A model generated the notes under the pieces. That model was not told the DNA's origin, made no database searches, and was given only the letters and a program-made list of their open reading frames with translations. The translations under genes and the position numbers were made by a program. This document shows positions 47,797-60,332 of a stretch of 64,000 nt of DNA, one piece after another. Position 1 is the stretch's first letter. Each line of letters starts with the position of its first letter. Source of the DNA: an uncultured virus (IMG/VR IMGVR_UViG_3300024272_000072) (Duplodnaviria > Heunggongvirae > Uroviricota > Caudoviricetes); IMG/VR virus record IMGVR_UViG_3300024272_000072; one strand, given 5' to 3'.

Positions 47797-49475
47797 TGAC
47801 TACATATTGTTTAGACCCAAATTCGACGTGGTTTGCGGTATATACTTTGAACACGTGAACAATGCCGACAAAAAATGTTGTGAGTTCACAAATCACAGCA
47901 AATCTGAACACAACTGCAACGTCTATCACAATCACAAGTTGAGAATGAGCGTTGTTCACAGCTTGAATGATTGCAACAATCGAACAAATAAATTCTGAAT
48001 GAAAAGCAACTGCAAGAGAAGTTGTTTTGATTTCAAACGTGAATTCAAACACGCTGACAATCACAAGATGATATGAGCAATGTGTGATGAATGATACAGC
48101 AACGCCAAAAGTTCTTTGAAATACAGCACAAAGCTTCACAAGTTGAGCAAAAATTTCAGTTTATGTTTCAAAAGCTTTATTGAATTGAGTTCAAACAAGA
48201 ATCAGTCAAATCAATGCACCTTGCAATACGTGTGTATATAATGAAGCAATGGCTGTCAATGATTGTGTATTGAATAATTGCAACGACCGACGAGACAAAC
48301 TATTGAAAACAAAAGCTTGTTGTTGCTACAATGACAAGTGATTTTGAAGTTGATGTGATTGAGATTGCACAATGTCTTGAAACGTTTTTCTTTGTGCTTC
48401 AAGAGAATATGAATTCAACAATCTGACAATTCAATCGTGAGCGTTAGTCAGATTTGAATGACAATGAGTGCCTACGATTAGAGTGAAAAGATGTTTCTGT
48501 AATTTGTGAACGATAGATTTGAGATGATGAACATTCGTCTGATGTTGTTCAAAAACAGACCCATATTCAAATATGTGAGTGTGAAACAATGCTGATTCAA
48601 CAGCATACAATTCAATGTGTTTCTGATGTTGATGATCGTGAAAATGATGATGTAATTGATGAAACGCAACGACTTGATGTTGATGAAATTGATGAAACGC
48701 ACAGAACTGATGTGCAAGCGTGCCAGCAACTTGTGCCGATTGATATAATTGATGAAATTGAGCAGAATGAGAATCTTGCCCAAGAAATTGACGACAATGT
48801 TGAAGTGGTGGTTGATGATGATGATACTACACTTGAAACTGATGAAACTGATGATATTGAAGCAGTTGAAGTGCGTTAGACAATTATTCAATGGACTGAT
48901 GAAACTGATGAAACTGATGAAATGGTTGAATCTGGTGAAAATGATGAGACTGATGACCTAATGGAAGCTGATATGCTTCTTGATGTGCGTGAGATTGATG
49001 AAACTGATATATTTGATGAAACTGATGAAGTTCATCTTGATGACGTGATTGTATGTCGTATTGACACGCTTGAACTTGATGAAACTGAATCATTCAATGA
49101 TGAAAATGATGAGAAAGCAACAAAGCAATGTCAACAAGATGATGACAATGATGAAATGCAATCAACAATATGTATTGATTCAGATTGTATGCTTGCGAAG
49201 TATTCAACAATATGATTTGTTCGAAATGATGACAATGATGAGCTTGATGATGTAATTGTATGCTAAGTTCATATACAGCTTGATGATGAAATTGATGATG
49301 TTGAGCAAATTGATGAAAAGTGTTCATTTGATATTTCAGAGATATTACACAATGATGTGTTGATGTGAGCTGATGAAGTTGATGAGCTTGATGAAGTGCA
49401 AGTTGAAGTTGAAACAGCTGATGTCCGTGAGCAAATTGAAGTGATTGATGTTATATGATTTGCAAAATTATGTAA
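47796..49475 (+). CDS. Gly/Cys-rich tail fibre or adhesin with GGxGGx repeats
   Basis: 559-aa frame only if TGA=Gly; second copy of the anchor domain, then many TGA-TGA-NNN repeats. Confidence 0.75.
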
Positions 49476-49498
49476 TTTATTTCAATAAATAAGAAACA

Positions 49499-51163
49499 AT
49501 GGCGAATGCGTGATGTATAAATGCAATCTGATATGATTGATGTTATATCAGAACATTGCAGAATCTTGATAGTTCTGATATTTGAACTGGTGTTGAATAT
49601 ACAGCACCAAACCCACTATGAGACAGAAATTTCGACTATATCAAATACACAGATAAATGTTGAAATACTTGTTGCTTGACGTGAGAAAATGAAATCAACA
49701 TAATCACAACAAATTGAGTTCTGAAAGATTTGAATCTGACAAGCAATCAAGACAAAATCATAATCACACGAACTGATTTATTTTGAAGCAACCGAGCAAA
49801 AACAGTCGTGAGATATTCAACATCGTGATACCCTTCAAGCAAAACAGATTGAACGCTTGTTGTTGAAGAAACAACGAAAAATCAATATTCTTCAACTTGA
49901 TACAATCTAACTGTTTCTGATAGTTGAACATATTATTTTTCAGCGTTCGCACTTGATTCAGATTGAAATGTAATTTGAGCAGCACAAAGCAACATTGCTG
50001 TATCTTTGTCAAAAGTATTGACTTTCACATTGAATCAAACACAATCAGTACCTTGAAGTATGATTACAGCGATTTCTGATGACGCAATCAATATGACACA
50101 GCAAGAAGTGATTGATTTCATTTGAGCATACCCAGTCTTACTTGACAATTCTTGAAACGAATACAAAAAGCTAAACCCTTTGAATTTCCAACAATTTGAA
50201 GATTGAACAGACGCAAGTTCATATACAGCTTCAACATCATACGATGTGATGATAAAATTTCCAAGAAGATGATACAAAATCAGCACAACGAACAATATCA
50301 CAACATTCACATTGACTGATAAACAGAATGACCCAGAATATTGCTACGCACCATTTCAAAGACTTTCAAGCTGAACATTATGAAACAGCAATGCAGTATA
50401 TACAAATGCGTCAGCTTTCTATCTTTGAGCATATAAATGATACGCAAATTCAAATATTTTGAGAAGTCGATACAACAAAACGCCAACAGCTTCACAAACA
50501 ATTTGAACATTCTCTTGATACGCAAGAAATCATTGAAATCTGCGATGAATCACAGAATTTATGCAAGAATTCTATCTTGAATTGTGTTTTATGGCGATAT
50601 ACAAAACAACAGACGCACAAAGTTCAATTTGACAATGATATGTATGATGAAGTTCAGCACCAACATCGTGAACAATGACATACAATAAATGAATGACATA
50701 TTGAACAAGTTCAACGACACAATGTATGAAATTCTTATGAATAGAAAATCGATATTGATGAATTTGGGAGTGGGTGAACTGACGATGACAGACTTCTGCG
50801 TGAGTTCATATTTCAATACCTACAACAACGTGAGACAACAGAACTTCGACATATAGTTATACGCCTACTTGATACACAACAGTTTGAAGCATATCGCCAA
50901 CATCTTGAAGTTATATCACGAAAGTATTATGACACACGTATTGATGATTCACGCCAACAACAACTTGATGAAGTGAAACGACATACTTCACAGATTACTC
51001 TCGGCGGGCTTCGGGTTCTCGTGTGGCGGTATTCGGTGGTGCGTGGGGTGACGGTGCGAGATGTGGTGCTTTCTGTTGGTATTTGATTGGTGCTTCGTCG
51101 AATTCTTACTCTACTTTCGGTGCTCGCTTGATGTTCTTGCCGAATTGAGATTTATCTGTATAA
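49499..51163 (+). CDS. DGR target receptor-binding protein, phage B
   Basis: DVMIKFPRRGY, FYLGAYKG, GIENWYGGIWEW; C-terminal VR. Confidence 0.85.
50990..51136 (+). repeat. DGR variable repeat, phage B
   Basis: Ungapped match to 51387-51533; 31 mismatches up to 51127, all at TR adenines. Confidence 0.95.
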
Positions 51164-51174
51164 TCAAAAACAAA

Positions 51175-51324
51175 ATGGAAATCAAAATCACAATTGAAAC
51201 AATACCAAAAGAAAAAATATATGAAATGACAGAAGATTGAATGAAAGAATCTGAAAACGAAAAAGTCGAAATGACAATCAAAGAATGAGATGATTGAGAA
51301 ATCATCATCGAAAAAGATGAATAA
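51175..51324 (+). CDS. Small acidic 49-aa protein in the avd position
   Basis: Positional and N-terminal homolog of 17410-17577. Confidence 0.6.
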
Positions 51325-51330
51325 AAATAT

Positions 51331-51686
51331 GGGTATTAGATACTGATATTAGAAATTCCACGTTTGTGCCAAAATCTAAAAGTGAAAAAAATTACACTCA
51401 GCAGAATTCAAGTTCTCGTGTAGCGAAATTCAGTGGTAAATGGAATAACAGTGCGAAATGTGGTGCTTTCTATTGGAATTTGAATAATACTTCGTCGAAT
51501 TCTAACTCTAATATCGGTGCTCACTCAATGTTCAAAAAATTCTTGATATGGAATATGATGTTTCACCGACATCATATTTCGAAATTAAAGCTCATATCTG
51601 ATACCCTGGCTCTTGCCAAAACATAGAAACGTTTTATTTGGAGTCGTGCAAGTAAGAAATGAAAACTCGACCGTAAAGAACATCAA
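51331..51686 (+). ncRNA. DGR template RNA (TR 51387-51533 plus spacer), phage B
   Basis: GGGTATTAGATA pairs with TATCTGATACCC (51595-51606); hairpin 51550-51580; TGGCTCTTGCCAAAACATA. Confidence 0.85.
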
Positions 51687-51693
51687 CAAAAAA

Positions 51694-52797
51694 ATGAAAA
51701 CTTATGACAATTTATGGAATAAAATTATTGATAAAAACAACATATTGAATGCACACTACAACGCAAAAAAAGACAAATCGCATTATCAAGAAGTCAAGAT
51801 GGTCGAATCAAATCTTGACTTTTTTATAAATGAAATACACGAAATGCTGAAAAACAAAACATATATCATTGAAGACATTGACTATTCAACGTCTGTGATA
51901 AATGACAGCTGAAAAGAAAGAGAATTGCGAAAATTGAACTACTACCCACACAGAATCATACAACGAGCAATTATGCTACAATTAGAGCCAATTTTTATGG
52001 AAGTATTATGCAATCACGTGTGTGCAAGTCTGAAAAAAAGATGAATTCATCACGCATTCAAATTGACGCAAAAATACTTGCAAGATGAATGACACACAAC
52101 ATATTGTCTGAAAATCGATGTGAGAAAATTCTACCCAAGCATAGACCACGAAATATTGAAGCAATTATTGAGAAGAAAAATCAAAGACAAAGATGTGCTT
52201 GAAATTCTTGATATGATTATTGACAGCTACCCTTGAACAAAATGAGTGCCAATTTGAAGCTATCTTTCACAGTATCTTGCGAATTATTATCTTGCATATT
52301 TCGACCACCGAATGAAAGAAGAAGCGAAATGCAAATACACAGTCAGATATATGGACGACATCATCGTTCTGAATGAAAGCAAAACACGACTTCACGAAAC
52401 ATTAGACAAAATCAGAGAAGAACTTTCAGATTTGAAACTTGAAATCAAATGAAACTATCAGATTTTTCCAGTCGATAAAAGATGAATTGATTTTGTTTGA
52501 TATAGATTTTTTAGAAATTTCACATTGTTGAGAAACTGAACAAAAAAGAAAATGAAGAAAAGATTGAAAGAAATCAAAGATGAAAAAGCTGACAAACACA
52601 AGCTTTTGAATTACAATGAACGGTGCAGTATAAACAGCTACGTTTGACGAATGTTGAGTTGTAATCATTACAGATTATTTATGAAATACATTTTGCCATT
52701 GATTCCAAGTCTTGACAGATATTATTTTTTTGTTTTATCACATCGCAACGAGAAAAAATTGAAAAAATATCACGAAAAATTGATGAGTAAGATATAA
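51694..52797 (+). CDS. DGR reverse transcriptase
   Basis: YCLKIDVRKFYPSIDH, GVPIGSYLSQ, VRYMDD, GIDFVGY. Confidence 0.95.
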
Positions 52798-52883
52798 GAA
52801 AGAACTTGATAAACTTTGAAAAATTTCACGCATTCATCATCTGTGATTATAATACAATCGCATTTATATGATAAAATCAAAAA

Positions 52884-53768
52884 ATGTCAGACAAACAAGA
52901 GAAAAAAGCTGACTTGAAAAAGCCAGAAACTTCACAGAAATCGCTTGTGATAAAAATCGATTGATGATTGTGAAGAAACATCGCAATGACTTGAATCATT
53001 TCAGAAGTTGCGAAAAAAAGAAAAGTGAAAGTGATTGCTTCACGACCACTTGCTTTCTGGTGAAACCCATTCATCGAAAGTGTGCATTGATTATGAGACA
53101 GAAGACTGTTTCAAGATGTGATTCGTTGAAATGATTATGTTGAAATTGAGCCTTATACAAACCCAAAATTCTTCAATGATTGAGAAAATCGATTGAAGAT
53201 TGTATGAGAACAATTCTGATTCAACGAAATCATATACCCACAACTATTTCTTGCAGAACGAGAAAAGAAAGCGTATAGACTTGATTGAAATGCTGTGTTG
53301 TTTCAGCCTTTCGGAAGCACAATGGACTTGAACGGAAGCGACAAATCATATCGTTCAATACCAGTTGAAAAAGCACAATATATCGCTGAACAGCTGATGA
53401 AAAAATGATATACAGTCTATACTTGCGAAAGCGAAAAACAGCCAGAATTGAGATGAGTGAACACATTGAGAAAAATCACTGATTTGAGATACATCGTTTG
53501 ATTGTGTTCGAAATACAAAGTGATTTGATGTGATTCTTGTCTTCATCACGCAAGTGTTTGATTCTGAATGAAGCCGACAGTTCTTCGAGCTTGAACAGAT
53601 TCTGCAAGATTCTGATACGATGAAAAAGAAAACAATTACAGAGAATTTGAGATGAAAGCATATACGCCGATGAGATTGCCGATGAATGATTTCGATTTCG
53701 ACAATTCGAATCAATGAACAAATGATTTCACGATTGAATTCATTGACAAAGTTCTTGAAAAATTTTAG
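52884..53768 (+). CDS. Glycosyltransferase, GT9/heptosyltransferase-like
   Basis: IDGGLGRNIAMT, LFQPFGS..YRSI, VIGCDSCLHHA..KPTVLWAGT. Confidence 0.7.
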
Positions 53769-53927
53769 TTCGTAATTCATAAAAAATGCGATTGAAATTG
53801 ATTCTTATGCTTGCTTGCTGAATTCTATTCATATTCAGTATGATAAAATTCGACATTGCATTGTTCAAATTCTTGCTTGTTTTGAGCTTGCTTGCAATTA
53901 TTTTTATTTGTGTTTTTATGTAAACAA

Positions 53928-54401
53928 ATGAACGAAGCTGAATGATTCGCTATATGAATATTCTGATGACTTTCTGTCGCTGGAATACTTGAATATTTTT
54001 CAATCAGTGGCGAATGACTGCTGATTATGACAGCAATGCTTGTTCTTGATTTGATTTTCTGATTATGTTCTGCAAAAGCCAGATGAGAAACAATTCAGAG
54101 CAAAAAACTTCAAGAATGACTTATCAAAAAGATGACACGCCGATTGTTGCCGTTCATCGTTGCACTTTGATTGAAGCGAACTTGAATGCCGTGAATTGAA
54201 GCACTAATCACAGCAATCGTTTGAATGATTGTGTTTTCAGAACTTTATTCAATAATCTGACACATATATTCAATCAATTACAAAGAAGAATTGCCAGAAG
54301 TTGACGCATTCAAGATGTTGTTGAATAGTGTTGTGAAGATTCTGAAAAATCTGATAAACAAAAAGAACGATGAAATCGAGCCAAAAGATGAAGAAAAATA
54401 G
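53928..54401 (+). CDS. Holin (phage holin family 4-like)
   Basis: LVLDLIFGL..A..GETIQSKKLQEGLIKK...ELYSIIGH. Confidence 0.75.
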
Positions 54402-54605
54402 AAATACTTTACATCATAATGTAAAGAACAAATGAAGAAAACAAAAACGTATATATTGAAGCGAATCACAGCAATTGTGCTTTCTTTGATTATACGATTT
54501 TTATTTTTTTGAGAAGTATGATAGATTATATCATTTATAAGTTCACAAGTTGGTGGAATAAGAGAAAAATCAAGAGAATCATTTTAGCATATAAGAAAAG
54601 CTTGA

Positions 54606-54884
54606 ATGTGAAAACTTGAAAACAATTACAGCATTCATCACATACTGCCAAAAAGTCAGCACGGAAGTAGTGAATCAATCAATCTTGAACTGTTGAGAAA
54701 CACGACACATCGTGCAATTCATACGCTGTTTCAGAATCAGATGATTGCTGAACAACTTATCACAACAGTCTGATTGTCAGAAAAAGCATTGCGTGAAGAT
54801 GTGCGTGAACGATTGCTTGAAACACTGACATCAAGAAACATTCTTGACCCATACGAACGATATAAAAAAGACGCTATTTTATAA
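54606..54884 (+). CDS. Small HNH-like protein
   Basis: HHILPKSQHGS...HRAIH. Confidence 0.65.
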
Positions 54885-55350
54885 TCAAATATCAAACAAT
54901 GAACAATTGAATTCTTGACGCACAAGTTTCAAAGCTGATTGAAGAAAATGAAGAATTGAAAGAAAGAATCAATCAACTTGAAAAGACTGTGCAACAAAAT
55001 CAGAAAAATGATGTTCACGACATCAAAGAGATGTTGAATTCAATCAAAGAATTCAATGAAAAGCTTCTCGATTTTTCGAACACAATCAAACTGCTACAAG
55101 CACGAAAAGATTGAATCGACAAAATCATTGAGAAAATCAAGAAAATTTTACCTATTGTCTAATAGAAAATGGAAGAATACGAATACAAAGACAAAAGAAT
55201 ATGCAAATATTGATTGCAGATTGAATCTTGCAGAAAATGTCTGTTTGAAACATTGTGCAGACTTGAAGAAGACCAGCAACGCCGTGAGCCTATCGAATGA
55301 AGCTAAAAGAACGGCGTTCATATAGAAATTTTATTTTCTAATATATAGGA

Positions 55351-56217
55351 ATGAACGAAGAAGAAATGCTTTGATGTCTTTGATTGTGAGAATCTGATAC
55401 AGATTACATCTTATGCGACGGCGATATTGATATATTGCCGAAACTTTACAATCAAGATGAAATCAGATTTGAATACAATCAAGCGAATCAGCCACGAAGT
55501 CGTGTATCTTGCACGATATTTTCAGCAATGTGAATGCTTTCAGATTTGATGAATTATGAATTCAGTCTTGATGAATTGAAAGAAGTTGATGAATTATCAT
55601 ATCAGAATTGAAGAATCAGATGACAATGACGATATGTGAAATCAGCTGTTGACCTTGTTCGCAAATGGTGGAATGAAAAACACGCTGATTTGTGAACTGT
55701 TGCATATTATAGAATCAACAAATATTCTGACAAGATTGATGAGATTCTTGAAAAATGATATACAATCAATTGAAACTTCTGCCCAACATCTGAATATTGA
55801 GCAGATTATAGAAAAGACGCTGTTCTTGATTGATGTGATTTTTGAGTGAATACGAACTGACACGCAATCGATATAATCTGGAATGAATGACACAGAAGCA
55901 CGAAAGATTCATACAAATGAAGAAAGACATACGATTGAACAAAAGATTGCAACAGATATGAATTGAAGCACAAAATCGCAGAACTGACGAACTATTGACA
56001 CCGATATTATGTATTCACGAAAGTTGCAGAAGACAATCTTGAAGAAATCAAGAGATTGAATGAATTGAAATCGCTTGTTCTGATTGCTATTGAAACGAAC
56101 AGCAAAATGCGACATCTTGTGAATGATGAATGATTCAGAAACAAGCTTCATTCAATGAATGACGCAAATCGTTCAAAGCTTGAAGATATCAATATTCAGT
56201 TGAAAAGACTTTCATAA
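55351..56217 (+). CDS. Papain-like cysteine peptidase, candidate endolysin
   Basis: Close homolog of 20379-21242. Confidence 0.55.
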
Positions 56218-56244
56218 TCAATATACAAAAAGCACTTCGTATGA

Positions 56245-56277
56245 AAAAAGCACCACAACGGTGCTTTTCTTTTTTTA
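56245..56277. terminator. Bidirectional intrinsic terminator
   Basis: AAAAAAGCACC-acaac-GGTGCTTTTCTTTT between convergent genes. Confidence 0.65.
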
Positions 56278-56760
56278 TCTCAAATCTTTACAAGCCCAGA
56301 TTTCTCTTTTATATGCAGAACATCGATATATATTCACATCATTGACATAAATATAAACTCTTGCTTGGTCTGATAAATCTTCATCAGCCAATTCGTTCGA
56401 TAAATTTACAGATTGCCCCCTTGCAATAAAATCAACTGTGTCTTTGATTCATTCAATGTTTGGAGTTTCTGAATAATAAATATTCAAATCTGCTTCTTTA
56501 CATTCATCTTTACAGACTACTTTCACAAATTCAGATTGTTCAGCTGAAAATAATTCCGTGATTCTATCAATTCTTGCTTGAACAACATTTCTCATTTTTT
56601 GAGTTTTTGTTGAAACATAAGTTGAAGATGTTGAATTTGACGTTGTTGAAGTGTTTCAATCTTTCGCAAGACTGTTCAATATTCAACAAACAAAGATGAA
56701 AACAATCACTCGAAATCGCCATTTCTTATGCAATGGCTTTTTTGCCTTTTCTTCTGCCAT
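56275..56760 (-). CDS. Membrane-anchored extracytoplasmic protein (possible superinfection exclusion)
   Basis: MAEEKAKKPLHKKWWFWVIVF (CGA=Trp), TM, Ser/Thr linker; only minus-strand gene recognised. Confidence 0.7.
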
Positions 56761-56912
56761 TTTGAACGACTTATGATATAAATGAAATCAATATACAGAA
56801 TCACTTTCGAATGTCAATAGATTGACATTTGACAAAAAAAATATATAAATATACTCGTTGACATAAGCTTATGAAACACACAAATCTTTTTATATGCTTA
56901 TGTTTTTTATCA

Positions 56913-57854
56913 ATGAATGAATTTATAGAAATATTACAACAACGACGTGATTATGAAGAAAACGTCAGAAATCACAATTCATATATCAATCGCTTCTATA
57001 TTATAAGAAACTTCTGAAAATATCTTGTTTCTATCAAGCCACAATTCAAGCTTGAAGAAATCGAACTATATGAAATCATTCAATATCTTGTATATTACAG
57101 AACGCACAAAAATTGCAGATGAACAATACCGAGCAGATGTGCTGAATACAATGTGATTTGTGCAATCAGAAATTTTTTCAGATTCTGCAATATTCTTTGA
57201 ATGCGTTTGAAATTTAATCGAGAACAGATTCCGATGTTCAAACAAGAGCCAGTGAAACGTGAGCCAATGAGCGAAGAAGATTATCAACTAATGCACACAG
57301 CAATCAGATTGTTTTCAAAATCAGAAGAAATCAGATTGCGTGATGAACTGATGATTGAAATACCACGAGAAACTTGATTGAGAAAATCTGAAATTGTCAG
57401 ATGTAAGTTCAAAGATTTTCACAATGAAAACAGACAATTCAAAGTTCTTGTGAAGTGAAATAGATATGAATCAGTATTTTTTTCTGAAAAATTACAGAAA
57501 AAAGTTTTTGAATATGAAAACATATTGAATCAGAAATACAAACATCTTGATATTGAAAAGCTTTTCATTTGTTTATGACAGAAAGAAAAGTGAAAAGAAA
57601 TCAGTTCTGATTTATTATGAAGACATTTTCTCTTGATTGTGAGAAGAATGAAGAAAGAATGAATGATTCCGAAGAACAAAACGCTTTGTCTTCATCAAGA
57701 AAGACATTCATTCGCAATGCGTTGTGTTTATTCTTGATTATCACAACAAGCAACAACGAGATTGATGAGACATTCAGACCCAAAAATCACGCTTCATTAT
57801 TATCATATGAACGATTCACGATTACTGGATCAATATGATTCGATTCGTGTATAA
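56913..57854 (+). CDS. int: Tyrosine recombinase/integrase
   Basis: TGLRKSEI, HQERHSFA, LMRHSDPKITLHYY. Confidence 0.9.
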
Positions 57855-58040
57855 AATTCCAACAGCGAAAATATCATTAAAAATAAAAAAGTCAAAACTT
57901 TGTCATTTTTTTTCGTTTCAAGGCTTCATACCTGCTATTTGAAAATTCAATTAAGAATTGATTTTTTTCGATTTAATTTTTTTTATAAAAAAAAGTCGTC
58001 AAAAATTTGCATTTTTGGAAAATTTTTATATAATAGATTT

Positions 58041-58181
58041 CAGTTAAGTTTGAAAATCGAATGAAAATGTCTTTGATTGCAAAAAATTGATGACTTTTTT
58101 CAAGAGATTATTCGTATCGTCAAGGTTCTACAATTCCGAAGTAGCTTATGTCAACCGATACGACAGCAACAAACTTGACTG
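58041..58181 (+). ncRNA. Structured early-leader RNA, phage B
   Basis: Closing stem CAGTTAAGTTTG/CAAACTTGACTG just after TATAAT; inner stem TCGTATCG/CGATACGA; loop shares AAGGTTCTACAA with phage A. Confidence 0.55.
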
Positions 58182-58478
58182 TCGTTCAATATCACATCAT
58201 ATTTAATTCCGACAAACAAAGATGTTGAAATGAACGACACAACATCTTTGTTCGTCTGAATTGATTTGTGTGTAAGATTCGAACGAACAAAGGTTCGAGT
58301 CTTTTTATTTAATCACAAAATCAGATGAGAATCAGATGAGTTGTTGCAATAGTTGTGAGCATTATTGTGTGAATGTTCACGCCAGCTGGACTATATGTAT
58401 ATACGATTCCGTTTCTCATTTGATGTATGTGATGAAAAAAAGTTCGAAAATTTTATTTCAATTTTTTCTTCAAGCAAG

Positions 58479-59210
58479 ATGACGAATAAAAACTATTTCA
58501 AATGTTTTCGCTTGTTTCTTGAAACTTGAAAGAAGCTTGATGATTCGATGAAGTGAAAATATTATGAATCATTGCTTGAATATTGACTTGATTGAATCAA
58601 GCCCACTGATCCAATCATCGACGCGTTGTTGACTTCTGCGATGTATTCGATTGACAAATCAGATGAAGAACTGAAAAGAAAATCTGAATCAATGCAATGA
58701 AATCAAAACGCAGTCAAGAGCTTTGAAAAGCTATCAAAACAGAAAAAAACAGACAAAAACAAAAACAAACAGAACGAAACAGAGAAAAACATATGAAGAA
58801 AAGAAGTATATGAAGAATATGAAGATAATACAAACAATAATAAAATCATCATAAATGATGATTCAGAATCAAAAGATTCTGTTCAGTATTGAAATGAAGA
58901 AGTGAATAAATGTCTGACGAGAATCAAATCATATAATTGATGACTATTAGATTGAACAGTCAAAAACAATCGCAGATATGCAAAACTTCTGATTGATAAA
59001 CTGAACAAACTTGAATCGATTCAAGCTTGAAAATACACACGAGAAGAAACGCTTGACATCATTCTTCAAGTGATTTCGAAAAACAAATACCACGTTTCGA
59101 AAATTACATCAGCAGAATCGATTTATCGCAATCTTGCAGTTCTTATGCAGACGTGCAAGAATGACATTTGAAAAGCACAATCGAATCAAATCATTTTACC
59201 TACAATTTAA
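58479..59210 (+). CDS. Replication initiator-like protein
   Basis: LLEYGLDGIKP..DPII, GNQNA; C-terminus homologous to 22891-23622. Confidence 0.65.
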
Positions 59211-59726
59211 TCAAGAGAATGAATCAAATCAAAGTTTATAAAGAAATGACTTATGTCGAATGCTATGACTGAACGATATTTGAAACACCTGCAAAATTTG
59301 AGACAGTTGTTCAATTGCGAAAAAATGCTGACTTGTATGTTCAAATATGAGACACATCAATCGCAAAATGAAACATCAAAACAATCACGAAAAAGCAATT
59401 GTCAGATGTTGAACAAATATTGTATTCACAAGACAGATTCGTTCGCGAACAATTACAGAAAGAGATTGATGATAGAATCAAAAATTGATTTCGTGTGAAT
59501 GTTGAGATTGTACAAAATTTACTTCAAAAATATTTGTAAAAATGCCGATTGAATGAATTACCGAACGAGAAACACAGCCATTGTTCAAAATCTTTCTTCG
59601 CAGAATATGATTCAAGAACTTTGACGAATACATTGAACTGTTTTGAGACAATATCGAAAAGAGAAAAGAAACAGTTCGCCGATTTCAAAAAACATACCCA
59701 CTTTTTACCATTAAAAAACAAGAGAA

Positions 59727-60332
59727 ATGAAAAACATCTTAAAAAAACTCGCAGAAGCAAAAAAGAATATTGCTTCACAGAAAATCACAAAAGAGTGAAA
59801 GAACACTTATTCAAACTATTCATATTTCACGCCAGAACAAGTCAGTTCAATTGTTCAGAAAGCGTGTGATGAATTCAAACTGTTCACAAAATTTGACTTG
59901 ATCCGTGATGAACAGTGAATCGAATGACAGTTGACGATATACGATATTGAATCAGATGAAAATATCACGTTCATTTGAGCAACTGCAATTCCAGAAATCA
60001 AAGCAACGAACGTTGCACAACAAATCTGATGATGTATGACATACACCGAAAGATATTTGAAAATGACAGCGTTCTGAATCGCAGACAATTCACTTGATTT
60101 CGATACGACTGAAAACACAGAAAAGACAGCGAAAGCACAATCAAAAGCTGAAACTAAAAAAGAAACAAAGCGATTCAACAAAGAACAACTCGAAAACTTG
60201 AAAACAAATACTGAATACTTGAAGAAATTCGAGAAATCAGACGATTTGCTTCAAGACATTCAGAAACTTTGATATTCAGTCAGCAAAGAAATGAAGATGA
60301 AGATTGCTGATGTTCGAGCAAGTGTTGAATAG
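59727..60332 (+). CDS. ERF-family single-strand annealing protein
   Basis: KSGKNTYSNYSYFT, QQIGGCMTYTERY. Confidence 0.75.

Noticed and set aside
48589..49255. Acidic DDETDE-rich ORFs and apparent TGA microsatellite
   Set aside because: Alternative-frame readings of the GGx-repeat fibre gene 47796-49475
51366..51626. Asn-rich 86-aa ORF over the template repeat
   Set aside because: TRs stay open because they mirror the VR frame; no supported start; treated as RNA
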